Shown: positions 31,849 to 42,851, counted from the stretch's first letter. The stretch: DNA of 64,000 nt from an uncultured Gammaproteobacteria bacterium (GCA_964491475.1 CAZBFO010000001.1:110720-174719); one strand, 5' to 3'. Made by a program: numbers and translations. The notes: generated by a model from the letters alone, not told the origin.

Positions 31849-32619
31849 ATGTCTAAAGAGAAAAAACTGCCCACGTCCTGGGGTTCCGTCGCCGAGTGGT
31901 ACGACCGGCTCCTCGGCAAAGAGGACACCTTCCAGGCCAACGTCATTCTGCCCGGACTGATGCGGCTCATGGCCGTCCGGCCGGGAGAGCGCGTTTTGGA
32001 CCTTGCCTGCGGCCAGGGATTTTTTTCGTACGCGCTGGCGGCCTGCGGAGCGCAAGTCACCGGCACGGACATCGCGCCGGAACTGATCGCGCTGGCAAAA
32101 AAGAACGCGCCGCCCGGCTTGCAGGCGCAGTTCGCCGTGGCGCCGGCCAACGACCAGTCGCCGGTGGCGACCGGCTCGGTCGATCGCGTACTCATCACCT
32201 TGGCCATCCAGAACATCGAGGACGTGATGGGCACTTTTCGCGAGGCGCATCGCGTGCTCAAGCCGGGAGGCAAGTTCCACCTGGTGCTGAACCACCCTTC
32301 CTTCCGCGTGCCCAAGGGAAGCGGCTGGGAATGGGACGAGGGGAACAGGCAATACCGCCGCGTCGACAAGTACCTGTCGGAGTCGAAGGCGAAAATAAAG
32401 ATGAAGCCCGGCGGCGACCCCGGCGTGGTGACCGTTTCCTTCCACAGGCCGTTGCAGTTTTTCGTGAAAGCCTTGGCCGAATGCGGCTTCGTCGTGACCG
32501 ACCTCGAAGAATGGGCCTCGCACAAGAACAGCGATTCGGGGCCGCGCGCCGCGGAGGAGAACCGCGCACGCAACGAAATTCCCATGTTCATGTACCTCGA
32601 AGCTCAACGCTCACGCTGA
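31849..32619 (+). CDS. Class I SAM-dependent methyltransferase
   Basis: VLDLACGQG and RVLKPGG. Confidence 0.88.
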   Translation: MSKEKKLPTSWGSVAEWYDRLLGKEDTFQANVILPGLMRLMAVRPGERVLDLACGQGFFSYALAACGAQVTGTDIAPELIALAKKNAPPGLQAQFAVAPANDQSPVATGSVDRVLITLAIQNIEDVMGTFREAHRVLKPGGKFHLVLNHPSFRVPKGSGWEWDEGNRQYRRVDKYLSESKAKIKMKPGGDPGVVTVSFHRPLQFFVKALAECGFVVTDLEEWASHKNSDSGPRAAEENRARNEIPMFMYLEAQRSR

Positions 32620-32634
32620 CCTTATGCCCGTCTT

Positions 32635-34506
32635 ATGAACTACGGACCGCGCACTCCCACGCTGCTCTATGACGGCGAGTGCCTGTTTTGCCGCACTTGG
32701 GTCGACTATTGGCAGCGCTGCACCGACGGCGTGCTGTACGAAACCGTGCAGGACGCCGGCGACGCGCATCCGGGCATCGCCCGCGAGCAGCAGCTTCGCG
32801 CGGTCCATTTCGTAGACGAGAACGGCAAGGTCACTGCCGGAGCGGCCGCGGTATTCTCGCTCCTCGCCCGCGCGCCGGGAAAGAAATGGCTCCTGTGGGC
32901 CTACGAGCACCTGCGCCCGTTCGCCTGGGCAAGCGAGCAGGCCTATGCGCTGATCGCCGCGCATCGTCCGTGGGCGATGGCGGTGACGCGCGTGCTGTGG
33001 GGACGCCGCATCGAGAAGCCGAGTTTCGCCGTCGGCCGATGGCTCTTTACTCGGAGCGTGGGCGTCATCTACCTGATCGCCTTCATTTCGTTTGCGGTGC
33101 AGCTTTCGGGGCTGATCGGCGGAGCGGGAATCCTGCCGGCCTCGACGTTCCTGGCGGCGGCCAGCGACCGTTACGGTGCGGCGGCCTTTTGGCTGTATCC
33201 GACCATGGCCTGGTTCGGCGCGAGCGATGCCGCCTTGCAAGTCATGACCATGGTGGGCGCGGCCTCCGCCATCGCCGTCATCAGCGGATTCGCCGTGCTT
33301 CCCGCGCTTGCCGTCGCCTACGTCTGCATGCTGTCGTTGGTCACGGTGGGCCAGGATTTTTTCGCCTACCAGTGGGACGTGCTGCTGCTGGAGATGGGTT
33401 TCCTGGCGATTCTCGTCGTTCCGACGGGACTGGGCCGCGATGCCGCCGCAAAGGAACCGTCCGCCGCCGCGCGTTGGCTGCTGTGGCTGCTGCTGTTCCG
33501 CGTGACGTGGGGCTCGGGCCTGGTGAAGATGTATTCCGGCGACACCAGCTGGCGCACGCTGACTGCGCTGTCGTACCACTACTTCACGCAGCCGCTGCCG
33601 AATCCGCTGTCTTGGACGATGCAGTGGACCTCTGCGGGATTCCAAAAGCTGCAGACCTTGTCTGCGCTGCTGATCGAGCTGGCCGTGCCGTTCCTGCTGT
33701 TCGCCCCGCGCCGGCTGCGCATGGCCGGCGCCGCCGTGACGGTTGCCTTTCATCTGCTGATCGCCGCCACGGGCAACTTCGCTTTTTACAATCTCGAGGT
33801 GATGGCGCTGTGCCTGACCTGCTTCGATGACCAGTGGTACCGCTGGGCGTTCCGCAAGAAGAAGATGCCGGTGCCGGTTCCGGAGAACGCCAAGGCCAAG
33901 CCGCCGCTGCGCGTTTTGGCCGGCGCGGGTCTTTCTCTGCTGTTCGCCGCCGACGCCGTCTTGCTCTCTTCGGCGGCCGCGGGAAGGTTTTATCCGCGCG
34001 GCATCGTCGGTGCCGCCTTGGGTGCTGCGGCCCCGTTGCGCCTGGCCAACGTCTACGGCGCCTTCGCCGTGATGACCACGGAGCGCCGCGAGGTGGTGAT
34101 CGAGGGAAGCGAGGACGGCCAGAACTGGAAAGAGTACGGTTTCCGCCACAAGCCCGGCGACGTGCTGCGCCAACCAGGATGGGTGGCCCCGCACGATCCT
34201 CGGCTGGACTGGCAGATGTGGTTCCTGCCCTTCGGCGAATGGCAGGAGCATCAGTGGTTCGTGAGCCTGCTGATGCGCCTGCTGCAGGGCACGCCCGAAG
34301 TCACTTCGCTGCTGGCGCAAAACCCGTTTCCGGACTATCCGCCGCGTTACGTGCGCGCGCTCCTGTACGATTATCGCTTCACCACCCGCGAAGAACGGAT
34401 GGTCGACGGCGCCTGGTGGCATCGCGAGCTGATCGGCGAATACGCGCCGCTGATGTCCTTGCAGACCATGGCCGACGTGTTCAGGTCGGCATCGCGCGGC
34501 CGTTGA
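32635..34506 (+). CDS. DCC1-like (DUF393) thiol-disulfide domain fused to lipase maturation factor (LMF1)
   Basis: LYDGECLFC; YQWDVLLLE, TQPLP, HKPGD and PRLDWQMWF. Confidence 0.87.
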   Translation: MNYGPRTPTLLYDGECLFCRTWVDYWQRCTDGVLYETVQDAGDAHPGIAREQQLRAVHFVDENGKVTAGAAAVFSLLARAPGKKWLLWAYEHLRPFAWASEQAYALIAAHRPWAMAVTRVLWGRRIEKPSFAVGRWLFTRSVGVIYLIAFISFAVQLSGLIGGAGILPASTFLAAASDRYGAAAFWLYPTMAWFGASDAALQVMTMVGAASAIAVISGFAVLPALAVAYVCMLSLVTVGQDFFAYQWDVLLLEMGFLAILVVPTGLGRDAAAKEPSAAARWLLWLLLFRVTWGSGLVKMYSGDTSWRTLTALSYHYFTQPLPNPLSWTMQWTSAGFQKLQTLSALLIELAVPFLLFAPRRLRMAGAAVTVAFHLLIAATGNFAFYNLEVMALCLTCFDDQWYRWAFRKKKMPVPVPENAKAKPPLRVLAGAGLSLLFAADAVLLSSAAAGRFYPRGIVGAALGAAAPLRLANVYGAFAVMTTERREVVIEGSEDGQNWKEYGFRHKPGDVLRQPGWVAPHDPRLDWQMWFLPFGEWQEHQWFVSLLMRLLQGTPEVTSLLAQNPFPDYPPRYVRALLYDYRFTTREERMVDGAWWHRELIGEYAPLMSLQTMADVFRSASRGR

Positions 34507-34552
34507 ACGCGGGCAAAAGAAAAGCCCCGCGAGTGCGGGGCGGGACTGAATT

Positions 34553-35095
34553 TCAGGCGTGACGGATGGTGACCATGCGCACGCCCGCATGGTTCAGGCT
34601 GCACAGGTCGTCGTCCATGGACAGCTTGCGGTCGTGCCAGGCGTCCAGAATGGCGTCGTAGAGCCGGTCGGCCAGGTCCCAAGGGAGCGCCGCGTGATCT
34701 CCCAACCTGGAAACGAAGTAGGCGCGCGGCACGCGGACGGTCTTGCCGCCGTTCTGGTAGGTGCAGCCCTCCTCGTGGATGATGACGTACTGCGGCGAGT
34801 CGCTTCGGCAAAGGAGCGACCTGCAGGCCAGAATGACTTCCTGGTAGGCCAGGAAGCAGGCGAGCGCGACGTCGTCTTCGACCACCTCCTTCCCGTGCGC
34901 CGCGCACTCGTTGCTGCGGACTTCGAGTTCCGCGCTGCGACCGCATGCCAATCCGGTTTTCAGATTGAAGCGGTCAGAGATGATGGCGGCGAGGTCGTCC
35001 ACGGTCAGCATGGCGCGGACCGCATTGACGACCTCGATTGCGCGCTTGCGCCAATCTTCCCGGACTTCCTGCACCATTGCGCTGGTTTTTGTCAC
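34553..35095 (-). CDS. Hypothetical protein
   Basis: AAGGAAG upstream of GTG at 35095 (alternative ATG at 35077); typical codon usage. Confidence 0.55.
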   Translation of the reverse strand: MTKTSAMVQEVREDWRKRAIEVVNAVRAMLTVDDLAAIISDRFNLKTGLACGRSAELEVRSNECAAHGKEVVEDDVALACFLAYQEVILACRSLLCRSDSPQYVIIHEEGCTYQNGGKTVRVPRAYFVSRLGDHAALPWDLADRLYDAILDAWHDRKLSMDDDLCSLNHAGVRMVTIRHA

Positions 35096-35168
35096 TGTCC
35101 ACTTCCTTTGTCCAAAGGGTGCCGCCAACCTATCAAAAAAATGGCCCCGTGTCAACGGGGCCGCCATT

Positions 35169-35936
35169 CTATCGGTAGTGGAGTTTGGCCAGGAAATCGG
35201 CCGCACCGACGTTGAAATCGGACAGCAGCTTGGTATCCGCCCCCAGGCTCCCCATGAAGAACGTGCCCTGCGAGGCGATGAAGACGATGCCCAGCACCAC
35301 CATGAACGCGGCGGCCACGGCATTGGTCGAATGCACCGAACGTTCCTTGCCGACCAGCGTGAAGGTCCACAGTTTTCCCTTGAGCGCCGGATGATGGAGG
35401 AACTTGGTCCTGTCGGCAACGAAGGCCAGCGCCAGCAGCGGCGTCGCCAGTCCCAAGCCGTAAGCGGCCAAAATGAAGAACGAGAACAGGCGGTGCGGCT
35501 CCATTGCCGACAAGGCGAACACCAGGCCGAGCAGAGGCGCCGTGCAGCCAGCCACGGTGAAACCGAAGACGATGCCGATCAGATAGGACGAGAGCGCGTC
35601 ATGGTGAAAGCCGCGTTTGGTCAGAAATTGCGGTACGGGGACGTGAAGACCGCGTCCGGCCAAGGCGTAAGCGGCGAGGCCGAAGAACAGCATCCCGCCG
35701 ATCCAAGTCAGCTCCCGACGGTGCAGCAGCAACGGCGCCGAAATCAGGCGGATGCCGAGCCCCAGAGGAATGAACAGCGTCAGGAACCCGGCCAGGAACC
35801 AGCAGGTGGCGGCGATCAGCTCGGACCGCTTCTTGAAGGTGTACGCGAAAAAACTGGGCAGCAGCACGGCCCCACAAGGTGCGAAAAACGACAACAGGCC
35901 GGCGAGGTAGGCGATGGGGACGGCGGGAACGCGCAT
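35169..35936 (-). CDS. ccdA: CcdA/DsbD-like cytochrome c biogenesis transmembrane protein
   Basis: GLLSFFAPC and AGCTAP Cys pair; 6-7 TM helices. Confidence 0.8.
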   Translation of the reverse strand: MRVPAVPIAYLAGLLSFFAPCGAVLLPSFFAYTFKKRSELIAATCWFLAGFLTLFIPLGLGIRLISAPLLLHRRELTWIGGMLFFGLAAYALAGRGLHVPVPQFLTKRGFHHDALSSYLIGIVFGFTVAGCTAPLLGLVFALSAMEPHRLFSFFILAAYGLGLATPLLALAFVADRTKFLHHPALKGKLWTFTLVGKERSVHSTNAVAAAFMVVLGIVFIASQGTFFMGSLGADTKLLSDFNVGAADFLAKLHYR

Positions 35937-36034
35937 AGACACTACCGATGGTAGTTCAGTTGCACCTTGGCGGCAAGCGGAAATTATCAACAACGAAACC
36001 TCCGAGCGCATCGGAGGTCTTCGCGATCGGCAGC

Positions 36035-37453
36035 CTACGGCGCCGTTTCTACGGGAGGCGTCGGCCCTACGATGGTCAGCGGGTCGCCGGCAGGATGCAG
36101 ATCGAGCATCTTTTGGCTGGTGGTGAGCACGTTGGTCCAACGGTAACCGAACGCCAGGAAGACGTCCTCGCTGGGAATCGGGCGCTTTTTGCCGCCGGAA
36201 ATCACATACACCGTCGGGTCGTTCGGCGTCTTGACCAGCACGCCGTCGTCGAAGCGCACGGGATCGCCGTCGGTCATGGCCGAGAGCTCCTCGTGCGAAG
36301 CGCGGCCGATGGGCTCTTCGGAGAAATTGACGATGAGCAGGGCGCGGTCGTACAGCGCGCGCTTCACGTGATCGGTCACGTAGTAGATGCCGCCGGTCTG
36401 CGTGTCCTGCAGCAGTTCGCCGGCAGCGGACTCGGTGTCTTCGGTGATGGGATCGCCGTCGGCATAGTCGGCGAGATCGGCAGCCTTGGCGTCCTCGACT
36501 TCCTCGGGATTGAAGCCGATTTTGGAAAACGCTTCCATGGAGACGATGCGGCGCTTGGTGCTGCCGACCAGCAGGTAGATGGCGCCGTCCTCGACGCGGA
36601 CCAACGAGAAGTCGGAGAAGCGCACCGGACGGCCGAGCGAGTGCTGGATGAAGCCGGAGAAGACATCGTGGTCCACGTCCACCGGCATGATGCCGCCGAA
36701 GCGCGAGGTCAGCACCGCCGGGCTGACGATCGGGCGGAACTTGCCGTTCTGCACCAGGGCGATGGCGCCGGTCTTGGCGTCGCGGGCCAGCGTGCCGTCG
36801 GGGAAGTCCATGTGGGAGCTGCCGTCACCGAACCATCGGTTCCAGATGTTCCAGAGCAGCAGGTTACCGTGGATATGCGGCGTGTAGCTGTACAGCGCGG
36901 CAGTGGCCAAGTTGTCGGGAGTGACCTGCAGATTATTGACGGCATACGTCACGCCGGGCCGATGCAGCCCGCTTCCCGTCGAGGCATGCTGAAAGTACCA
37001 GTCAATCCAACCCGCGCCGGCGTCGACCTGCCTGGCAAAGCCGCGGTACTTCTTGGCAAGCGAGTTGGTCCGCTTGCAGCCGTCGCAGAGCGCGTAGCCG
37101 GTGGCCCATTCCAGCTGTTTTCTCGCTGGCAAGTCGGTCTCGACCGCGCTCGATTCCTTCTGGATCAGCGCCAAAATGTATTGCGGATTGACCTGATAGC
37201 GCGTGGCGGCGTCGGCCACGATCTGCGCGGCGTTCTTGCGCTTGCCGTCGACGGGGTCGGTGTCGCGAACATCTGCCAAACCGCCCTTCTTCTGCAGAAA
37301 GTCGCGGATGTCCTCGTAAGACATCGAGGACGAGCGCCGTAAGGTGGAGTCGTCGAGAATGTGTTCGGGGTTGAACGTGGCCGCTTGCGCCGCCGACGCC
37401 GCCAGCAAGGCCGCCGCCGAAACGGTCGCAAGAATGTTCCGCGCGAGTCGCAT
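36035..37453 (-). CDS. Exported cell-wall protein: lysozyme-like N-domain plus four CPR-type repeats
   Basis: Signal peptide; NPQYILALIQKES, WATGY and ATAALYSYTPH; repeats of (D)G-x-L-V-K/R...IY...K-R-x-I. Confidence 0.7.
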   Translation of the reverse strand: MRLARNILATVSAAALLAASAAQAATFNPEHILDDSTLRRSSSMSYEDIRDFLQKKGGLADVRDTDPVDGKRKNAAQIVADAATRYQVNPQYILALIQKESSAVETDLPARKQLEWATGYALCDGCKRTNSLAKKYRGFARQVDAGAGWIDWYFQHASTGSGLHRPGVTYAVNNLQVTPDNLATAALYSYTPHIHGNLLLWNIWNRWFGDGSSHMDFPDGTLARDAKTGAIALVQNGKFRPIVSPAVLTSRFGGIMPVDVDHDVFSGFIQHSLGRPVRFSDFSLVRVEDGAIYLLVGSTKRRIVSMEAFSKIGFNPEEVEDAKAADLADYADGDPITEDTESAAGELLQDTQTGGIYYVTDHVKRALYDRALLIVNFSEEPIGRASHEELSAMTDGDPVRFDDGVLVKTPNDPTVYVISGGKKRPIPSEDVFLAFGYRWTNVLTTSQKMLDLHPAGDPLTIVGPTPPVETAP

Positions 37454-37531
37454 ACGCCGAAAAGTATAGCAGAGCCGGAAGCAAATTGCGCAGATGACGC
37501 TGGGCGTCGCCCGTGCTACGCTATCCACACT

Positions 37532-37951
37532 ATGTCTTTCTCCGTCACGCCGTTTTCAAAGAAAATCGAAAAACCCTGGGGGTACGAAGTGATTTTCACG
37601 CCGGAACATTCCCCGCGGCTGGCCAAGATCCTTTTTGTGAAGGCGGGACGGCGGCTTTCGCTGCAATATCATGACGCCAAGGAGGAGACGCTCTGCCTGC
37701 TCACCGGAAAGGCCGTCATTTGGCTCGAAAACGAAGCCGGAGAAATACTCAAGACGCCGATGGAAATGCACAGGGGCTACGCCATCAGCGTGATGCAAAA
37801 GCACCGCGTGGAGGCGATCGAGGACGCCTTCGTGATCGAGTCGTCAGATCACGAGAAGGGCAACACCTTTAGGCTGGAGGACGATTACAGCCGCGGCACG
37901 GAGACCGAGGACGTGCGGAGGCTCGAGGATCGCGGATGGAACCGCCCGTAA
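37532..37951 (+). CDS. Cupin (mannose-6-phosphate isomerase type II-like)
   Basis: EKPWG, LSLQYH..KEET, HR and RLEDDY. Confidence 0.85.
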   Translation: MSFSVTPFSKKIEKPWGYEVIFTPEHSPRLAKILFVKAGRRLSLQYHDAKEETLCLLTGKAVIWLENEAGEILKTPMEMHRGYAISVMQKHRVEAIEDAFVIESSDHEKGNTFRLEDDYSRGTETEDVRRLEDRGWNRP

Positions 37952-37984
37952 TCTGGCTTGGGGACGGCGTGATACACTGCGGGT

Positions 37985-40249
37985 ATGAAAAAAACCATCC
38001 AATTCATGATCGTCGGCATGCACTGCGCATCCTGTTCGGTGCGCAACGAGCGCGCCCTAGTCAGGCTGCCGGGCGTCCTTGATGCCAGCGTCAATTTCGG
38101 CACGCATACCGCCACGGTGACCTTTGACACCGAAACCACCAACGAAAATTCCCTGTACGACGCCGTCGTGCGGACGGGCTACAAGGTGATGGCCACCGGC
38201 CATCCCGACGATCAGCGCGCCGAAGAGGCGAAGGCGGTCGCCTCTGCCAGGCTCAAGATGCAGCTGGCGATCATTTTTACGGCACCGGCAGTGATCATCG
38301 GCATGCTGAACTTGCGCTTTCCGGGGGCGTTGTGGGGCATCGGCCTGGCGCTGTGGCTGCAGATGCTCCTGTCGGGCATCGTCGTGTTCGTTCTCGGCTG
38401 GTCGTTCCATGTCGGCATGGCCACGCAGCTGCGGTCGGGGACCTCGAACATGGACACGCTGGTATCCATCGGTACCGCCTCGGCGTTCCTGTACAGCTTC
38501 TGGTCGGCTATATCGGGGTACGAGCACGCATATTTCGAGGCCGCCACCATGGTGGCGACGCTGATTTTGGCCGGCCAATATTTTGAGGAAAAAAGCCGTG
38601 GCAGCGCATCGGAAGCCATTCGCAAGCTGATGGAACTGGGCGCCAAAAAGGCGCGCCTGTTCCTTTTTGACGGGTCTGACCGCGAAGTGCCCATCGATGC
38701 GGTGAAGGTCGGCGACATGCTGCTGGTCAAGCCTGGGGAAAAGATTCCTTTGGACGGCGTGGTGCTGCAGGGGGATTCGGCGGTGGACGAATCCATGCTG
38801 ACCGGCGAAAGCCTGCCGTCGGGCAAGCACCCCGGCGACGACGTCTTCGGCGCGACCGTCAACAGGAACGGCATGATGATCGTCGAGGTGAAAAAATTGG
38901 TGGGGGACACCGCCTTGGCGCATATCGTGCGCATGGTGGCCGAGGCCCAGGGCAAAAAAGCGCCCATTCAGCAGCTGGTGGATCGCGTTTCGGCCGTCTT
39001 CGTTCCCATCGTGCTCGTGGTGGCCGCGCTCACCGCCGTGGCCTGGTATGCCAGTACCGGCGACTTCGGCAGCGCCCTGGTCCCGGCAGTCGCCGTTCTG
39101 GTCATCGCTTGCCCCTGCGCCTTGGGCTTGGCCACGCCGACGGCCATCATGGTCGGCACCGGCACGGGCGCATTGCACGGCATCATCATCAAGAACGGCG
39201 AAGCCTTCGAGAAGGCTCGCGCCGTCGATACCGTGGTGTTCGACAAGACGGGCACGCTGACGGAAGGGCGGCCGACAGTCACCGACGTCGTCGAGCTGGG
39301 CGACATGCCCGCCGACGAGGCGCTGCGCATCGCCGCCTCGCTGGAAAACTACTCCGAACACCCGCTGGCCAAGGCCATCGTCGACGAGGCCAAGAAGCGC
39401 AAATTGGCGCTGGCCCGCACCTATGAGTTCTCGGCCGTCCCCGGAAAAGGCATCGAGGGCGTCATCGAGGGGAAAAAGGTGCGCATCGGCAGCGGCAAAA
39501 TCGCCGACGAGGGCAGCGCCGAACTGACGGCCGAAGGATTGTTCCTGCTTTCCAAGCTCGAAGACGAGGGCAAGACGGCAGTACGCGTGTTCATCGACGG
39601 CGTAGCCAGGTGCCTGATCGCCATCGCGGACACTGCCAAGTCCGACGCGAGCGCGGCCGTGCGAGAATTGCGTCGCAAAGGCATCGACGTGTTCATGTTG
39701 ACCGGCGACAACCGCGGCACGGCCATGGCAATAGCGCGGCAACTGGGCATTCCTTCCGCGCACGTCATTCCCGAAGTGCTGCCGCAGCAGAAGGCCGTGG
39801 AAATCCAGCGCCTGCAGGAAGAAGGCCGCACCGTCGGCTTCGTCGGTGACGGCATCAACGACGCGCCCGCGCTGGTGCAAGCCGATCTTGGCGTGGCGGT
39901 CGGCACGGGCACGGACATCGCCATCGAGGCCGGAAACATCGTCCTGGTCAAAGGCCACCCGTCAAAGGTAGTCGATGCCCTGCTGCTTTCGCGCCGCACC
40001 TTCACCACCATCCAGCAAAACCTTTTCTGGGCGTTTTTCTATAACGTACTGGCGGTTCCCGTCGCCGCACTGGGTTTTTTGACGCCCATGATCGCGTCCG
40101 CGGCGATGGCCTTCTCCTCGGTATCGGTGGTCGCCAATTCCTTGCGCATCCGAAAAATACGCTTTCAGTCAGTTGAAGAAAATGACTCAACCGAGCCAAA
40201 AAATGATATCCGTCCCGACAATTGGCAAAAACGTGCTAGACTGCGTTAG
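37985..40249 (+). CDS. copA: Cu(I)-translocating P1B-type ATPase
   Basis: [33 protein letters not shown] and MAFSS. Confidence 0.93.
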   Translation: MKKTIQFMIVGMHCASCSVRNERALVRLPGVLDASVNFGTHTATVTFDTETTNENSLYDAVVRTGYKVMATGHPDDQRAEEAKAVASARLKMQLAIIFTAPAVIIGMLNLRFPGALWGIGLALWLQMLLSGIVVFVLGWSFHVGMATQLRSGTSNMDTLVSIGTASAFLYSFWSAISGYEHAYFEAATMVATLILAGQYFEEKSRGSASEAIRKLMELGAKKARLFLFDGSDREVPIDAVKVGDMLLVKPGEKIPLDGVVLQGDSAVDESMLTGESLPSGKHPGDDVFGATVNRNGMMIVEVKKLVGDTALAHIVRMVAEAQGKKAPIQQLVDRVSAVFVPIVLVVAALTAVAWYASTGDFGSALVPAVAVLVIACPCALGLATPTAIMVGTGTGALHGIIIKNGEAFEKARAVDTVVFDKTGTLTEGRPTVTDVVELGDMPADEALRIAASLENYSEHPLAKAIVDEAKKRKLALARTYEFSAVPGKGIEGVIEGKKVRIGSGKIADEGSAELTAEGLFLLSKLEDEGKTAVRVFIDGVARCLIAIADTAKSDASAAVRELRRKGIDVFMLTGDNRGTAMAIARQLGIPSAHVIPEVLPQQKAVEIQRLQEEGRTVGFVGDGINDAPALVQADLGVAVGTGTDIAIEAGNIVLVKGHPSKVVDALLLSRRTFTTIQQNLFWAFFYNVLAVPVAALGFLTPMIASAAMAFSSVSVVANSLRIRKIRFQSVEENDSTEPKNDIRPDNWQKRARLR

Positions 40250-40296
40250 GAAATGGCCTTTTGGGCCGTTCGCTTACTCCTAAATCGTTCATCGGT

Positions 40297-40722
40297 ATGA
40301 TGAAGAAAATGTGCAACGTTCATAAGGTCGCCTGGTGCCTGCTGCTGATCGGCGGCCTCAACTGGCTCCTCGTCGGCATCTTCCAGACTGATCTCTTCGC
40401 CATGCTCGGCCTCGGCGGCGGCTTGGTCGCCCGTGCGGTGTATGTCCTCGTCGGTCTCTCGGCGGTCAGCATGCTCGGCATCAAGAAATGCTGCATGAAA
40501 GACAGCTGCACCTGCGGCGAGAAGGGCTGCGAGGAGTGCGGACCGATGAACAAGGAGAAGGCCATGGCGATGATGAAGCCGTGCGCCTGCGGTTCGGGCA
40601 AGCCGGGCTGGCAGTGCTGCATGAAGGGCGAAGCCGAGAAGATGAAGGGCATGCCCTGCTTCTGCGGTTCGGGCAAGAAGGTCGAGGACTGCTGCATGAA
40701 GAGCCCCGAGACGCACCAATAA
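40297..40722 (+). CDS. DUF378 membrane domain fused to a Cys/Met-rich SEC-C-like tail
   Basis: IGGLNWLLVG...YVLVGLSA; tail with CxCGSGK...CC twice; 16 Cys in total. Confidence 0.8.
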   Translation: MMKKMCNVHKVAWCLLLIGGLNWLLVGIFQTDLFAMLGLGGGLVARAVYVLVGLSAVSMLGIKKCCMKDSCTCGEKGCEECGPMNKEKAMAMMKPCACGSGKPGWQCCMKGEAEKMKGMPCFCGSGKKVEDCCMKSPETHQ

Positions 40723-40817
40723 GAACGATGTCACCGCCCCGCTTTCCGCGGGGCGGTTTTGTTTTCCCTGATTGCCAGTACCCCGGGCGTTTGCTATCAC
40801 CAATACGAGGAGTTCCG

Positions 40818-41000
40818 ATGCGCTACTTTTATGCGGCCGTCGCGTTCCTGGTCGCCGGCGGCATTTCGGTCTTTTTCGATTACGGCAGCATGGCGCCCTA
40901 CTTGGTGGCCCAAACGTGCGTCTTGGGGGCGACAGTCACGCTGTTCCTGGGCACGTTGCACCTGAACGACGCCCGCAGAAATGGCGACAAAAAGCCCTGA
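40818..41000 (+). CDS. Small two-TM hypothetical protein
   Basis: GAGGAG SD, two hydrophobic segments, downstream terminator. Confidence 0.6.
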   Translation: MRYFYAAVAFLVAGGISVFFDYGSMAPYLVAQTCVLGATVTLFLGTLHLNDARRNGDKKP

Positions 41001-41105
41001 ACGAGCCTCGCCGTCGGCGGGGCTTTTCCTTATCGCGGCCCCTTGGACAAAGGCGCGGCGCCTGCTAGCATGGTTACTATTGGCTCTTTCGCATTCGGAG
41101 GACGC

Positions 41106-41390
41106 ATGCCCAAAGGATACGTCAGCGCGCGAGCGTATCGCGGCGTACTGATTTTCGCCGCATCTGCCAGTTTTCTGTGCGGGATGGCCCTCTTCCTGAC
41201 CGGACACCAGCTCGGCGGCACCGTCGCCTTCCTTTCGTCGATCGGTTTCGGGGTACTGCTGTTCTTCAGCATCGTCGGCGCGAATAACCGTGCCATCGAC
41301 GAAGAGCAAGAAGACGCCGAGCGCGAACGCGCCAAACGGAAGAAGGCCGAAAAGCCCAAGCAGCCGCCCAACTACAAAGATCTCAACTGA
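41106..41390 (+). CDS. Small two-TM hypothetical protein with charged tail
   Basis: GGAGG SD, downstream terminator. Confidence 0.62.
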   Translation: MPKGYVSARAYRGVLIFAASASFLCGMALFLTGHQLGGTVAFLSSIGFGVLLFFSIVGANNRAIDEEQEDAERERAKRKKAEKPKQPPNYKDLN

Positions 41391-41484
41391 ACGCGCCGCC
41401 CGGCCGCCTTGTGGCGGTCTTTTTTTGTCGGGAGTTGACTTCGCCCGCCATGCTGCTAAGCCTTGTTCAGGAAAGGAGTTCGTC

Positions 41485-41838
41485 ATGCGACGAAAACGCG
41501 TCTCGAATCGCGCTTTGGCGCTGACGGCTCTGGCTGCCGTCGCGCTGTTCTCGCTCGTTTGGTTCGTCTTCGCCGACGGATCGGCCGAGGCACAGGCTGC
41601 CGCAATCGCCATCGAGGCGATCTGCGTGGTTGCCTTCCTGGTCATCAGGTCGAAGAACAAGCGTAAGGCGCGTATGATTCAGCGCTGCGAGCTGTGCCGC
41701 AGGGAGATGGGGGACAGGACCGACGACATGGCCTGGGCCCGCGAATACGGGCTGGAAGCCTGCCACGAATGCAGTTTCAAGATGCAGGTGGCCTTCGGCA
41801 ACGTCGGCACGTCCGTCGGAGAGAGGATTCTTCATTGA
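41485..41838 (+). CDS. Two-TM protein with C-terminal CxxC...CxxC zinc ribbon
   Basis: AAGGAG SD; CELC and CHEC. Confidence 0.65.
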   Translation: MRRKRVSNRALALTALAAVALFSLVWFVFADGSAEAQAAAIAIEAICVVAFLVIRSKNKRKARMIQRCELCRREMGDRTDDMAWAREYGLEACHECSFKMQVAFGNVGTSVGERILH

Positions 41839-41994
41839 GCGCCCGAAAAGGCGCTTTTTTTTGCTTTAGGAAAAGCAGTTAGCGAGGTTGACAAAATCGC
41901 CGTTTTATGGTTCCATAAGGCGTCCGTCGACGTGCCCGAAGGGGCAGATCGACGCGTACGTTTTACGCCAAGAAAGCAACGGAAGGAGTCACGC

Positions 41995-42837
41995 ATGGCA
42001 CACGAAAGCGGCGAGCGCCTTCATGCGCAAAAGGATACGCTGCCCTCGCAGTCCAACTACGTCCCCGGTCAGCAGAGCCGGCGCAAGCCGGTCAGCATCG
42101 AGGTTGTCGACATTGGCCGTCTGCCGACCATCCCGGCCAGTCAACGCCTGGCACCGCCGTCGGCACCAGCGACCGTGCGGCCCCGTTCGGAGGAGCCGCC
42201 CGTGCGCGTCAACGTGCGGGCGGATTCGACGGCACCGTCCACGCGGCGGAGCGAAACGCCCTCATCGCAGCTGGCGCATTCGCCGGCCGGCAAGGTGCTG
42301 GCGGCTTTCCGCGGCAGCTGGGCCGGGCTGCGGCCGCCTGCGGAACGAGATTCGGAGTTCGGCCAATTGCGCCGATACGTTTCTGAACTGGTCCGCGGCA
42401 TCGGCTTGAGCGCCAACAGCATCTACGTCCTGCAGATGAGACCGGTCAAGGACCTGTACCGCGTCATGCCGCCCAGCATGCGCGAGACGGCCAAGGACGG
42501 CTTCACCGTCGGACTCGAGCAGACGCTGCAGGTGCCTCTGACCGAATGTCTGGCCGGCATCACCCGTCGAAGAGCCGACCCCGCGATGCTGGAAGAAATG
42601 CCGGAGTACGGCGAATTCCAGCGCGTGATCGATCTGCTCGACGACACTGCCGGCGGCATGTTGCCGCCGCGCGTCCTGCAGGTCGCCCGTGACCTGCTGC
42701 TCATGGCCATCTCGGCGCACGCTTTCGAGAACAGGCCGCAGCAGCACCTGTTGCGGCCGTTCCTGCGGATGCTGGAGGACGGTCATTTGGCCGTCGGACT
42801 GACCAAGGAACGCCGTTTCCTGATGGTTACCTTGTAA
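41995..42837 (+). CDS. Hypothetical protein (disordered N-terminus, helical C-domain)
   Basis: AAGGAG SD; TTGACA at 41888. Confidence 0.65.
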   Translation: MAHESGERLHAQKDTLPSQSNYVPGQQSRRKPVSIEVVDIGRLPTIPASQRLAPPSAPATVRPRSEEPPVRVNVRADSTAPSTRRSETPSSQLAHSPAGKVLAAFRGSWAGLRPPAERDSEFGQLRRYVSELVRGIGLSANSIYVLQMRPVKDLYRVMPPSMRETAKDGFTVGLEQTLQVPLTECLAGITRRRADPAMLEEMPEYGEFQRVIDLLDDTAGGMLPPRVLQVARDLLLMAISAHAFENRPQQHLLRPFLRMLEDGHLAVGLTKERRFLMVTL

Positions 42838-42851
42838 GGAAGGAGCTCGAA

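Noticed and set aside
32611-34590. Long antisense or alternate-frame ORFs (also 1660-2994, 3422-5083, 10104-11726, 20126-22141, 24522-26276, 38057-39958, 60818-62467)
   Set aside because: They shadow well-supported genes and have no motifs. They are expected from high GC and strong codon bias.
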